DNA of 64,000 nucleotides from Pirellulaceae bacterium (GTDB lineage: Bacteria > Planctomycetota > Planctomycetia > Pirellulales > Pirellulaceae): positions 150,110-214,109 of the forward strand of contig CALODY010000003.1 in assembly GCA_942492215.1 (NCBI GenBank). Direction: 5' to 3'. Positions 21,252-30,961 of this stretch are shown here, in pieces. The notes beneath the pieces were generated by a model. The model had not been told where the DNA came from. It was given only the letters and a program-made list of their open reading frames with translations, and did no database searches. Positions within the stretch are counted from its first letter, which is position 1. Each line of letters opens with the position of its first letter. Both the position numbers and the translations under genes were made by a program.

Positions 21252-24200
21252 TTATCGCCTCGCCAGCTCCTCCTGAAGCTGTTCCGACGTGTAACTGAGA
21301 ATCTCGCTCGCATTGGTTTTCGCGCCCTTGACGACATGAGCGTGAACACCCACGTACGGTTCGCAAACCCGAGCCTTGGCGTCCAGCGGCGCAACCATCA
21401 ACAACTGAAGTCCAAATTGCCTGAACAAATCCAACGCATAGCGGGCATACTTGTCAGCCGTCTTGGAAAACATTTCGTCAACCATCACGAAATGAAACTT
21501 GTTGCTCGACGCATCGTCCGGATTGATGTCATATTGATAAACGATCGCAGCAACCAGTACCAAAAACGCAAGCCGCGCCTTTTCGCCGCCCGACTTTCCC
21601 GAGCCACCATCGTAGTAGCTGCCTCGCTCGCCCGTTTCAGTAAAAATTTCCTGCGCCGAAAAACAAAACCATCGCCGAACGTCGATCACTTTTTCCCGCC
21701 AGCGAACGTTCTTGTCATCACGAAGTTTGTCGACGAGTTTTTGAATCCGCAAAAACGTCGCTTCATCGGCCTCGATCGTTCCATCAAGGTAACCCGTCAG
21801 GCAGTCGTCCAGCTCACGGCGGAAATCCCGAATCTCGGCGTCTTTCGAATCTTCGGGCTCCAACCGGATATGCGTTCCGTGCCGCCACTCCATCCGGAGC
21901 AGGCCCTGATTGATCTCCTCGATCTTTACCTTGATCTCATCGTGTTCCGTCTTTAGATGCGAATTCATCACGCCGACTTCGGTCAAGACCTTTTCATCGA
22001 GTCGTTTTTTGAATCGCTCTTCGTGCCTGGGCAAATCGTCCGTTTGAATCTTTTCATTCAGCGTCACAAACTGTGGAAGGGAGTCGACATCCGCACCCAA
22101 CTCTTTTTCGTAGCTGGGGAATTTCGTGAGAAACCGGCCCATCTGTTTTGTCAGACTGCTGCGGATCGGTGTCAGCAATTCCTCAAGCCGCCGGACTTCC
22201 GAAACACGTCCCTGTTGAAATTCCAACGGGAGCGTTGTGAAGTTTTCGAGAGTAAGTGGCGTGCGCTCAAGCAGTTTCCCGATCGAGCCAAACTGTGGTT
22301 TGCATTGTTCCAGCGAGCCATCTTGCTCCGCAGCCTTGAGCGATTCGATGTTCGTGCCGACCAGCCGTTGCCCTTTTTCCAGTTCATCGTCCGTGCGAGT
22401 TCGTTCTTTCGTGAGCTCGCTGAGCCTTCGTTTGCCCGACTCGATGGCCGTTTCCATTTCCGATTTTTGCGCTTTTAGTTCCCGAATTTTGTCGTTCGAG
22501 TTTGATAACTTTTCCAGCTCGAGAGCCAACTGACTTGCCGCGTTTCGATGTCGGAATTCGTCGATGGAGTCGAACTCTTTGGTCTGCGAAACCTGTTCCA
22601 GAAAACTGATCGTTGTTGTTACCGCTTGAATTTTTTCTTGAAGATCACGATCCCGTTGCTCAAGCTGGTCAAGCTGTCCCTGTGTTTCCTGAATACTGTT
22701 TTTCAGAGCCAGGATTTTTTCGCGATTTTCCCAGCCAAGAATGAATCCTTTGCGATCTCCCTGGATTTGACGGTCATCTTTGTTGTGGTGATGTCGACTA
22801 CGTTTCGTGTGTCGGTTGCGAGTCATCGCCTTCTGGTCAGCCGCCTGAAACTGAGTGACATGGTCGCACGCCAGAAAATTAAACCGCTGCTGGATCTGCC
22901 CGCGCACCCAGGCAGCAAGATCGTGGTCTTCACGGTACTTCAGCATACGGGGAAGCTCAAGCTGCCCGGAACTGCGCCCGACATCGTGTTTTGAATCTTG
23001 TCCGTTTGCCGTTCCGATACGCTCGCCGACTCGGGTGTAAGACAACCGTTGCCCGCGCCCGTGCGAGTCCGTCAATCGAGTCTGATCGACGAAGCCGGAA
23101 ACTTTGGCGTAGTATTTTTCTTTGACCAGCAGGTCTCGCGCGAAGCTGTTCAAGACGTTTTCGACTGACGCCTCCCATTCGCGAAACTCTGGATCGACCG
23201 CCAGTAATTCAGCGACAAATGGCAAGTCCCTCGCGGTAAGTTTCAGCTCCCTGCAAATCCGGTTTCGCAAAAAAACCAGTTCGCGTGGCATGTTTCCTTT
23301 CCGTTGTTGCAACGATTCAAGCTCGTCCTTGTCATCGGCGAGCAGTTTCCTGTTCTGGCCAATTTCATATTGCAACTCGCTGGCTTGTTTTTGCAGTCCG
23401 GTTCGCTGCTCTTTTTGAACCGATTGGCGACCGGTTGCGATCTCCAGAACTTCCGAGAGAGAATCTGCCGAGTTCACACGCTCTTCGATCTCGGCGTTCT
23501 TCAGGAGCGACTCGAACTGGATTCGGCTATTGCGTTTCAGATCCGCGAGTTGCTTCTCGGTGGCAATTAAACCGGGCAACTCCTGCATGCGAAGGCCACC
23601 CGCGCCGGAAATTTCCAAATCCAGTTTCGCAACGGCCCGCATCGCCTGCTGAATTTGGTCGTCGACCTGCTTGATCTCTCCGTCTAACACCGAAAGGCGT
23701 TGTTGCCATTGTTGGCAAAGCGGCGTGAGGAGTTCGACGGTCGCGGACTTGAAGTAAAGCGACGTGGCGTCGAGCTGCAATTTTGCTTGCAATAGTTGGC
23801 CGTGGTATGCGGAAAATTCTTCGCCGAGGGAAACAATCGGCTGAAGCATTTTTTCCTGGTCGCGAATGCTGACCAGCGTCGTGTAAGCTTCGTTGAGTTC
23901 TGCAAAATGTTCAAGCAATTTCGAAACCTTGTCATCCCAAGGTTTCTTTTCGAGCATCTGCTCACGAACAAATGAGTCAAGTTGCTCGACGTCTTTGACC
24001 CATGCCGCCTGATTGAACATGTCCATCGCTTTGGGGCGACAGCGAATCGTTCGCCGCAACCATTCGAAATATCGCGTGTAGCTGTCCGTCGCCTGAAAGC
24101 CTCGTTTCTTTAACGTCGCCAAAACACTCGAACCTTCCGTGATGTTTCCCAAATCCTCGGCAATGCCACGCTCGTGCTTGCCGTCGAATGCGTAAAACTT

Positions 24201-24638
24201 TTTTACTTTGTTGTTGGAGTCCAGGTGCAGAACCTGGCAAGCGGTAAACGTCTCGTTCGTCGCCGCGTTTTCGAAGCTGGCCAGCAATGCCGAGTAGTGT
24301 TGATTGCCGGGTCGCAGATACTCCAGCTTGGCCGAACCGGTTGCATTCATCGTTTTGTCGAACGCACCTTGTATGTACGTTCGTTCGTCGCGTTCGGTTT
24401 TGCTCGCACCGGATGCGAAGTTGTATTTCCGAATTTGTGGGCGCACGAGAAGAGTCAGCATGGCATCCACCAAAGTCGATTTGCCGGTTCCGTTCTCGCC
24501 GATCAGCAACGCAGATTCACCGCGCGGCTGAAACCCGTGGACGGTTCCATCGAACGTTCCCCAGTTGTACAGTTCGATTTTTGACAAGCGAAAGCCGGTG
24601 GCTACCCGGATATCTGAAAATAGTGCAGTTCGATTCAC
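21252..24638 (-). CDS. jetC: Wadjet JetC SMC-like ATPase
   Basis: YNWGTF, Walker A GENGTGKST, long coiled coil, KSGGEK signature, VMVDE Walker B. Confidence 0.92.
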   Translation of the reverse strand: MNRTALFSDIRVATGFRLSKIELYNWGTFDGTVHGFQPRGESALLIGENGTGKSTLVDAMLTLLVRPQIRKYNFASGASKTERDERTYIQGAFDKTMNATGSAKLEYLRPGNQHYSALLASFENAATNETFTACQVLHLDSNNKVKKFYAFDGKHERGIAEDLGNITEGSSVLATLKKRGFQATDSYTRYFEWLRRTIRCRPKAMDMFNQAAWVKDVEQLDSFVREQMLEKKPWDDKVSKLLEHFAELNEAYTTLVSIRDQEKMLQPIVSLGEEFSAYHGQLLQAKLQLDATSLYFKSATVELLTPLCQQWQQRLSVLDGEIKQVDDQIQQAMRAVAKLDLEISGAGGLRMQELPGLIATEKQLADLKRNSRIQFESLLKNAEIEERVNSADSLSEVLEIATGRQSVQKEQRTGLQKQASELQYEIGQNRKLLADDKDELESLQQRKGNMPRELVFLRNRICRELKLTARDLPFVAELLAVDPEFREWEASVENVLNSFARDLLVKEKYYAKVSGFVDQTRLTDSHGRGQRLSYTRVGERIGTANGQDSKHDVGRSSGQLELPRMLKYREDHDLAAWVRGQIQQRFNFLACDHVTQFQAADQKAMTRNRHTKRSRHHHNKDDRQIQGDRKGFILGWENREKILALKNSIQETQGQLDQLEQRDRDLQEKIQAVTTTISFLEQVSQTKEFDSIDEFRHRNAASQLALELEKLSNSNDKIRELKAQKSEMETAIESGKRRLSELTKERTRTDDELEKGQRLVGTNIESLKAAEQDGSLEQCKPQFGSIGKLLERTPLTLENFTTLPLEFQQGRVSEVRRLEELLTPIRSSLTKQMGRFLTKFPSYEKELGADVDSLPQFVTLNEKIQTDDLPRHEERFKKRLDEKVLTEVGVMNSHLKTEHDEIKVKIEEINQGLLRMEWRHGTHIRLEPEDSKDAEIRDFRRELDDCLTGYLDGTIEADEATFLRIQKLVDKLRDDKNVRWREKVIDVRRWFCFSAQEIFTETGERGSYYDGGSGKSGGEKARLAFLVLVAAIVYQYDINPDDASSNKFHFVMVDEMFSKTADKYARYALDLFRQFGLQLLMVAPLDAKARVCEPYVGVHAHVVKGAKTNASEILSYTSEQLQEELARR

Positions 24639-25270
24639 CGACCAGCCTCCTGTCGCTTGGCAAGCTCCTGCTCAAGTGCAGCCCTGGTTTGCTTCAGCGA
24701 TTCAAGCGGCAGTCGTGCTTTTAGAATCCGGCGGATCTCCCATGAAGGCGGTTTTCTCTCGAATCGCCGCACGAACTTCAGCTTTTCCAGCTTGAGCAAC
24801 TGTTTCGTCATCGCATCGTTCAATCGAATTTCATCTGAATCATCTGGAAAGAACATTTTCCAGGTTGTCAGCAGTTCAGATTGCTTGACAACACAACGCT
24901 CATTTTGAAAATCTTCCTCTTCTGATTTTCGCAACTCATCGCGCAACACAACACACATTAAAGTTGCTTCAAAGCCGAGCGCGACATTTCTGAACAGCCG
25001 GGGAAGCGATTCAAATTCGGCGGGCAGCTGGTCCTTTTCCGGTTGACGCAGCCACGCAAGACCGTCGTCTTTGTCGACAACCAACACCAGACCAATGCGA
25101 CCAAAGAAGTCACTGAGCGGCGACACGTGGGAGAGGATCGCGTTCCAGGTATCGCCAGAATCGTCATGATAGACAACACCCTGCAGCAATTTGACCGCGG
25201 AGGAACTCCATGCCTCGCGAGGTGGGAAATCAAAATCGGTTTCGGGAGTTTCGATTTCTGGAAAACTCAT
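24635..25270 (-). CDS. jetB: Wadjet JetB (DUF4194)
   Basis: AVKLLQGVVY...IGLVLVVDKDDGLAWLRQ; overlaps jetA and jetC by 4 bp. Confidence 0.88.
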   Translation of the reverse strand: MSFPEIETPETDFDFPPREAWSSSAVKLLQGVVYHDDSGDTWNAILSHVSPLSDFFGRIGLVLVVDKDDGLAWLRQPEKDQLPAEFESLPRLFRNVALGFEATLMCVVLRDELRKSEEEDFQNERCVVKQSELLTTWKMFFPDDSDEIRLNDAMTKQLLKLEKLKFVRRFERKPPSWEIRRILKARLPLESLKQTRAALEQELAKRQEAGR

Positions 25271-26763
25271 CGAGGCTTCGCTTTCGAAATGTTCTGACTG
25301 GATTGAAAAGTGATTTGCGGCACGTTGACCCGAACGGTGCGTCCCGTTTTTTGATCTGTAATGGCGACGACGCGAGTCGATTTTCGATTGATCAAATGCC
25401 CGTCGTCAAAGGCGACCTGGAAGTAGCCGACCAGTTCCAGCACACCGCATTGCGGCGGATGAATCGCGAGGATTTCTTCCAGCGAGATTCGTTCATGGGT
25501 GGCAAGCGTATCACGAACATGGTCACGCAATTTTTCGATGTCAAGCAGTTCGAAATCGGCAAGCGCGCTGATTTCGCTGCCGACTTTCTCCAAATCGACG
25601 ACATGATTTTCCGGTTGAATATCGAACGACTGGGGTGTGTCCCAAAATGTGCGTGAAAAAGGGGAATAGATGCCCGAAGTCGATTGAACGGAAATGCTGA
25701 TCGTCGGGTCGTCGGGGGGATTTTCACGGAGCAGACAGGCAAGCTGTTTGATGTCGCGCAGCACCTCACTCGTTTGCCGTCGATCTTCAGCGGTTGTCGT
25801 GTCAAGCAGTTTCCGCAAGGTATGCGAAAGCCGACCGTTGGTCGCCAAAACCTTGTCTGCCTCCTTCAACAATGACTTGACCATCGTTCGCAAGCGGGCA
25901 ATGGAATCCGAATCTTTCTGAATCGCCTCAAGACGAATGACCTGGTCAATCGTTTCGCGCAGAGACTTTTGTCCGTCGGGGGAAAACAGGAAAGCGATAA
26001 AGGCGTAAAAGCTGATCCCTTCATCTTCCGTTTTCAGGTGATCCTCCGCGTCCATGGCACTGCCAAGAATTTCGCCCCGCGTTTCCGAAGCGGCTTGCTG
26101 ATTTTGCTGGACGTCTCGAGCGATGTCCTGAAACCGTTCTTCGACGGCGCGAAAATCACTTTGCAGCGTCTTCAACATTCCGACCGCCATTTGGAACCGC
26201 TCGCGTATCTGCGACGGTTTGTAAACGTCGACGACACCATTCAATTTCAGCGCATCAATTTCGCGCTCAATGGAATCCTGTTGTTCCTCGAGGTAGGCCA
26301 ACCGCTGCACCGGGTCACTGGACGATCCCCGCACGAGATCCGACAGGGTGTCAATGATCAGACGCAAGCGACTCTCGGTTCCAACCAAGCCTGTTCGACG
26401 CAAGATTAACTGGTCGACAAATTGAATGGCGTCTTCTGCATGGCGAGTCAATTGATAGGCTGGTTCGCTCGACGCCGATTGCAGGTGACGATTCAAATAA
26501 CCGTTGTCTGACCAACTGATCAGGTACCGATCTGCATTTCCAGACAGCTCCGACGGGTAACATTCCTGCGTCTGTTCGATGTAGATCAGCAGTTGTTGAC
26601 GCAGGTCTTCGTGTCCGATTTCAAGAACGCCCGTTTGTTTGAAGGTCTGATTCAAAAAGTCAACGATGAACATCGCGTTTTCAGCGCGAAGCAAGCGCAT
26701 CGCAGGAGACGTCCGAAAAAAATTTCCAATTTGTTCCAGCTGCATGAAGGGAAGCACATCCAA
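25267..26763 (-). CDS. jetA: Wadjet JetA (DUF3375)
   Basis: SPAMRLLRAENA, GTESRL, DFRAVEERF; first gene of the operon. Confidence 0.88.
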   Translation of the reverse strand: MDVLPFMQLEQIGNFFRTSPAMRLLRAENAMFIVDFLNQTFKQTGVLEIGHEDLRQQLLIYIEQTQECYPSELSGNADRYLISWSDNGYLNRHLQSASSEPAYQLTRHAEDAIQFVDQLILRRTGLVGTESRLRLIIDTLSDLVRGSSSDPVQRLAYLEEQQDSIEREIDALKLNGVVDVYKPSQIRERFQMAVGMLKTLQSDFRAVEERFQDIARDVQQNQQAASETRGEILGSAMDAEDHLKTEDEGISFYAFIAFLFSPDGQKSLRETIDQVIRLEAIQKDSDSIARLRTMVKSLLKEADKVLATNGRLSHTLRKLLDTTTAEDRRQTSEVLRDIKQLACLLRENPPDDPTISISVQSTSGIYSPFSRTFWDTPQSFDIQPENHVVDLEKVGSEISALADFELLDIEKLRDHVRDTLATHERISLEEILAIHPPQCGVLELVGYFQVAFDDGHLINRKSTRVVAITDQKTGRTVRVNVPQITFQSSQNISKAKPR

Positions 26764-27589
26764 CGAAGTAATCTGGCGGTCGGCTCTGACTAACAGCTCT
26801 CGTCATCTTGGCTCAGCGAGAATGAACGGCTGCAGAGAACCCGGATTGTAAACGACCTCGTGACACGTTTGGTCAAAGCGCATGCCAGGGCGCAAATTTT
26901 TGGGAATCTTTTTCTGAATATCGGGGATTGGCAAGATGTTCGGTTACGACCAATTCGGAACATTGCGTGATGTTGTTGGTCGGCGCGTTTCGCGGAGTAT
27001 TTGCCGCTGACTCCATTGGCTCACACTGCCCACCCATGGTCAGCGTCGAAGACCAGCCGACATGGTCCCGTTGTAGTTGTTATGGCTTTTGACAGATGCG
27101 GGCTACCGAATGCACTACCATGGTGATTTCGATTGGGGTGGGCTTCGCATTGCGAACAAGCTTTTCCAGTCGTTTGGGTTTGAGCCATGGCAACAGCAGA
27201 TCACCGAGTGACATCCGATTCGCATCGACCACTCCGCGCACTCGCATCGTTCGCTGAATGGGATATCCAACTTGCGGCAAAAATCCGCGAGTACGGAATT
27301 GCCGTGCAGGAAGAATCAGTCATCGAGGAACTGTTGTCTGATTGATGCAATTGCGCAAATCAGAGGTGACGTAACACTGGCGGCACGTTCGTTGAGTGAG
27401 AGAATAAGAACGTGGAACAGCGGTTTGCAGCCGATGGAGAAGGTGAGATTCAGAATGCAAAAATGTGCATTAAACCAATCGGAAGCCGAACAATCTGCCA
27501 ACGCACTTCAGAAAAACAAAAACCGGCCGAGGAGGCGAGGGATTTCACTCGTAAACAATGACCCGTCGAGAAAAAGCAGCCTTGGGCGG

Positions 27590-27616
27590 AAAGCACCCCG
27601 AACCGACTCCCAACGC
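27590..27616. repeat. Degenerate tRNA-Arg 3'-end repeat, copy 1
   Basis: aaagcaccccgaaccgactcccaacgc. Confidence 0.7.
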
Positions 27617-27719
27617 AAATTTTGAGGTGACCGTAAGGCACTTGTCAGTAGAGCATGTCGCGGCGAGATTCGATTTGGCTTGATTGGCGTAAGTGGGTAA
27701 ATTAGTTTGAGGACAAGCC

Positions 27720-28292
27720 ATGATCAAAAAAACAAAAGAATTCGAAAGTGTGGAGTCTGCAGAACAGCTTTTTTCTGTCGCCCATCACGGCAAAAGACTC
27801 GAGTTGGTTAGGGGGGTCGTGCAAGTGATGTCGCCTGCTGGCAGTGAACACGGTTGGATTGCCAGCCGGATACTCATTCGACTGGGAACACATGTTGAAG
27901 CCAATGATTTAGGTAAGACCTTTGCGGCCGAAACTGGATTCTTGATTGAAGTTAATCCGGATACGGTGCGTGCGCCTGATGCGGCGTTTGTAAGCCATCA
28001 AAAGCTTTCCGCTGCTCCTCCATCATCTTCGTATCTGCAAGTCGCCCCTGATTTAGTCGTTGAAGTGGTCTCGCCCAACGACACATCAACGGATGTTGAG
28101 GCGAAAGCAGAGCAATGGCTTGAGGCTGGCTCAAGAATCGTCCTCGTGGCCGACCCCATGAACCAGACACTTCGCGTGTACAAGAGCAAGGCACAAATCG
28201 AGGTATTACACAGCGGGGAAGAGTTTTCGAGTGGTGACGTGTGTGGTGACTGGAAACTTTCAGTTAATGAAATTTTCGACATCCAAGTTTAA
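27720..28292 (+). CDS. Uma2 family endonuclease
   Basis: ELVRG...MSPAGSEH, VRAPDAAFV, APDLVVEVVSPND. Confidence 0.92.
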   Translation: MIKKTKEFESVESAEQLFSVAHHGKRLELVRGVVQVMSPAGSEHGWIASRILIRLGTHVEANDLGKTFAAETGFLIEVNPDTVRAPDAAFVSHQKLSAAPPSSSYLQVAPDLVVEVVSPNDTSTDVEAKAEQWLEAGSRIVLVADPMNQTLRVYKSKAQIEVLHSGEEFSSGDVCGDWKLSVNEIFDIQV

Positions 28293-28307
28293 CCAGCCTG
28301 TCAAAAA

Positions 28308-28361
28308 GTTGCGGAACCAGAATGGTTGGCAACGAAAGCACCCCGGACCGACGCCCAACGC
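28308..28361. repeat. Degenerate tRNA-Arg 3'-end repeat, copy 2
   Basis: gttgcggaaccagaatggttggcaacgaaagcaccccg matches 30149-30186 at 36/38, followed by gaccgacgcccaacgc. Confidence 0.8.
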
Positions 28362-28507
28362 AATTTTTTCCATACAAATCGGCTTCGTTATTTATCGCTG
28401 TGACCGTGACAAGTTAAGATTGATGTGCCAACCACAATCGTAGTTTGAATTTGATGTTTGATTAACACGGCGTAGATGTTGCGTTGTCTTTTCTAAGAGG
28501 CCGAGAA

Positions 28508-29077
28508 ATGATCCAGCATTCGACTCAAGCGCTTAAGACCGCCGAGCAATTGTCTGCCATGGCCGACGATGGTCACCGGTATGAGCTGATAAACGGAGTC
28601 TTGAGAATGATGCCGCCAGCAGGAAGCGATCACGGCCAGGTCGCTGATAGACTTTCTCGTCGCCTCGGCAATCATGTCGAGTCCAAGAATCTCGGAGCGA
28701 CGTATGCTGCCGAAACAGGCTTTCTGATTGGAACTTCCCCCGATACCGTCCGCGCTCCAGACGCGGCATTTGTAAGTCATTCGCGTTTGAATTCTGTCGA
28801 ACCGATGAGCGGATACTTACCATTGGCACCCGACTTAGTGGTTGAAGTGGTGTCACCACGTGATGCTTTTTCGGATGTCGCAGCAAAAGCGGAACAATGG
28901 CTCAACGCAGGTACGTCAGTCGTCATTGTGGCAGATCCATTGAATCTAACGCTGCGCGTTTATGAAAACGCAACACAGGTTCGGATTTTGCGATCAGGAG
29001 AAACTTACTCTGGCAGAGACGTTTGCAGAGACTGGGAACTGTCCGTTGACGATGCATTCCAAATTCAAAGCGAGTGA
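28508..29077 (+). CDS. Uma2 family endonuclease (paralog of 27720-28292)
   Basis: YELING...MPPAGSDH, VRAPDAAFV, APDLVVEVVSP. Confidence 0.92.
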   Translation: MIQHSTQALKTAEQLSAMADDGHRYELINGVLRMMPPAGSDHGQVADRLSRRLGNHVESKNLGATYAAETGFLIGTSPDTVRAPDAAFVSHSRLNSVEPMSGYLPLAPDLVVEVVSPRDAFSDVAAKAEQWLNAGTSVVIVADPLNLTLRVYENATQVRILRSGETYSGRDVCRDWELSVDDAFQIQSE

Positions 29078-29159
29078 GAAGCACTTACCTGAATTGAACA
29101 AGTCAATTCAAAAAACCGGAACCGGACGCTTAACACTCTCGAAAATCCAATCGACAAGA

Positions 29160-29186
29160 AAAGCACCCCGAGCCGACTCCCAATGC
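29160..29186. repeat. Degenerate tRNA-Arg 3'-end repeat, copy 3
   Basis: aaagcaccccgagccgactcccaatgc. Confidence 0.75.
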
Positions 29187-29275
29187 TACTTTTCCACTGC
29201 GGCCAAAGCTTAACCGTCTGAGAAAATTGCGAGGTGAATATCAGCTGGAAACTAGGAATACGCTATACTTGATCT

Positions 29276-29536
29276 ATGAGCACCTCAAACAATAACTTTG
29301 ACACCAGTCCTGAAACTGACGCAATACTGACACAGTTGATCCTGCAACAGAGACCATCAAAACGACTTGCAGGAGCCATTGCTGCAAGCAACCGCGTCGC
29401 CCAGCAATGTAAGGATGCAATTCTTCGGTCCAACCCTGGAATTTCTGCGCAAGAAGTCAACCTGCGTTTCATTGAACTCAACTACGGACCGGAATTGGCA
29501 GAGAACGTTCGAAACTTTTTGGCTGGACGCAGATGA
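29276..29536 (+). CDS. Small helical protein coupled to the downstream nucleotidyltransferase (putative TA partner)
   Basis: DTSPE...NPGIS...LNYGPELA; ATGA overlap with next gene. Confidence 0.7.
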   Translation: MSTSNNNFDTSPETDAILTQLILQQRPSKRLAGAIAASNRVAQQCKDAILRSNPGISAQEVNLRFIELNYGPELAENVRNFLAGRR

Positions 29537-30117
29537 GCCCGGATCAAGGATTGATAGAAGCTTTAGAGCCAGTAGCAAGAATTCTTCAGTCGTTAGGCAT
29601 CGGATTTTACGTTGGTGGCTCAGTTGCAAGTTCGTTTCACGGAGCTGCGAGATCGACGATGGACGTTGATTTGGTGGCGGACATACGTTTAGAGAATATC
29701 GAGCCCTTTATCAGTCGGCTTGACGAAGAAGAATACTATGTGAGTCAAGCGGCAATTGAAGATGCGATCAACCGCTCGTCCTGTTTCAATGTCATTCACT
29801 TGGCATCTTCCTTCAAAGTTGACATTTTCATCCTCAAGAATCGCAACTTTGACATATCTTCGATGAATCGTGCAGCTCCCGGGAAGGTTGACTTGCAAAG
29901 TGAATTTGAAGTTCCCATCGCGTCGCCTGAAGACACGATTCTCGCCAAACTTGAATGGTACCGCTTGGGCAACGAGGTTTCTGAACGTCAATGGGATGAT
30001 GTCGCTCGCGTCATGAAGATTCTTGGTAATACGGCCGACCAAGACTACCTGGAACGCTATGCGGTCGAATTAGGCATTGCAGACCTGCTGCAAAAACTAC
30101 TTGCCGAACTCTCTTGA
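29533..30117 (+). CDS. Nucleotidyltransferase-fold protein
   Basis: VGGSVAS...ARSTMDVDLV, KVDIF, ASPEDTILAKL. Confidence 0.8.
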   Translation: MSPDQGLIEALEPVARILQSLGIGFYVGGSVASSFHGAARSTMDVDLVADIRLENIEPFISRLDEEEYYVSQAAIEDAINRSSCFNVIHLASSFKVDIFILKNRNFDISSMNRAAPGKVDLQSEFEVPIASPEDTILAKLEWYRLGNEVSERQWDDVARVMKILGNTADQDYLERYAVELGIADLLQKLLAELS

Positions 30118-30148
30118 TGGACGGCAATCGAAGTTTCCTGTGCCCAAT

Positions 30149-30199
30149 GTTGCGGAACCAGAATGGTCGGCGACGAAAGCACCCCGAGCAGGATTCGAA
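30149..30199. repeat. tRNA-Arg 3'-end repeat, copy 4
   Basis: aagcaccccgagcaggattcgaa (30177-30199) is a 23-bp exact match to 42377-42399. Confidence 0.85.
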
Positions 30200-30528
30200 T
30201 GTTACTTGTTTCTTGATTATTCGCGGCTATCTGATCCGAATTTCTCAAGGTGAGTTTCTCTTGGTTCCGAGTCCTGACTTACAGCCTTTTTCCAAACATG
30301 ATTGATCTCTTGAGTTGGAACTCAGGGGAAAATGAGCGGACCGGGGTTTCCGGAGTCGCTTCCGATGCGACACCGTCGATGCCGTGACTACTTCAGTTTG
30401 CTCGTGATCGTCATCAAAGTTGATCCCCAGAGACGTTTCGTACATGATCATGTCTCAGACTTTTCGGGCTCGACTGAAAGCCTCAACCACAGACTTGCAA
30501 CCGCTTTCGCCAACCGTTCAGGCATAGG

Positions 30529-30747
30529 TTACCCCTCAGCTTCTTCGTTGTATTCATCTTGGGCACCACGTCGCACGGCCGGGATCACCACATCTCTGTC
30601 GCGGACGGTGTATATCGCGCGATAGCTTGGACGAGATCCTAATCCCACGGCCATTTGGCGAATCTCAATCTTGAACTTGTCGTTCTCTTGGGCAAATCCA
30701 AAACGCTCCGGCAAAAAGCAGAATCGAAACTTCTTCAAATTTCTCAA
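30529..30747 (-). pseudogene. RelE/ParE-family toxin remnant
   Basis: PERFGFAQEN...IRQMAVGLGSRPSYRAIYTV...AVRRGAQ; N-terminus lost. Confidence 0.65.
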
Positions 30748-30961
30748 ACATTCAATCGAAGCTAAACTCGAAGCAAAGCAATCCCCAACGCTGATCCAAG
30801 CCTAAATCCCGTGAACGGTTACAAAAGTTGTTGCCTTTTTTTCGTAGGTCCGTCTGCCCCAGACGGAAATGCTGCGAACAATAGTTTGCCACCTGCGAGC
30901 GGGAGTGAGGCCTCGCGACGGACCAGGGAGCGTATCGGCAGAATCCTTTTCGCCCCCGCTG

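Noticed and set aside
27080-27625. Additional Wadjet-associated gene upstream of jetA
   Set aside because: Only short ORFs with no recognisable motifs or clear RBS
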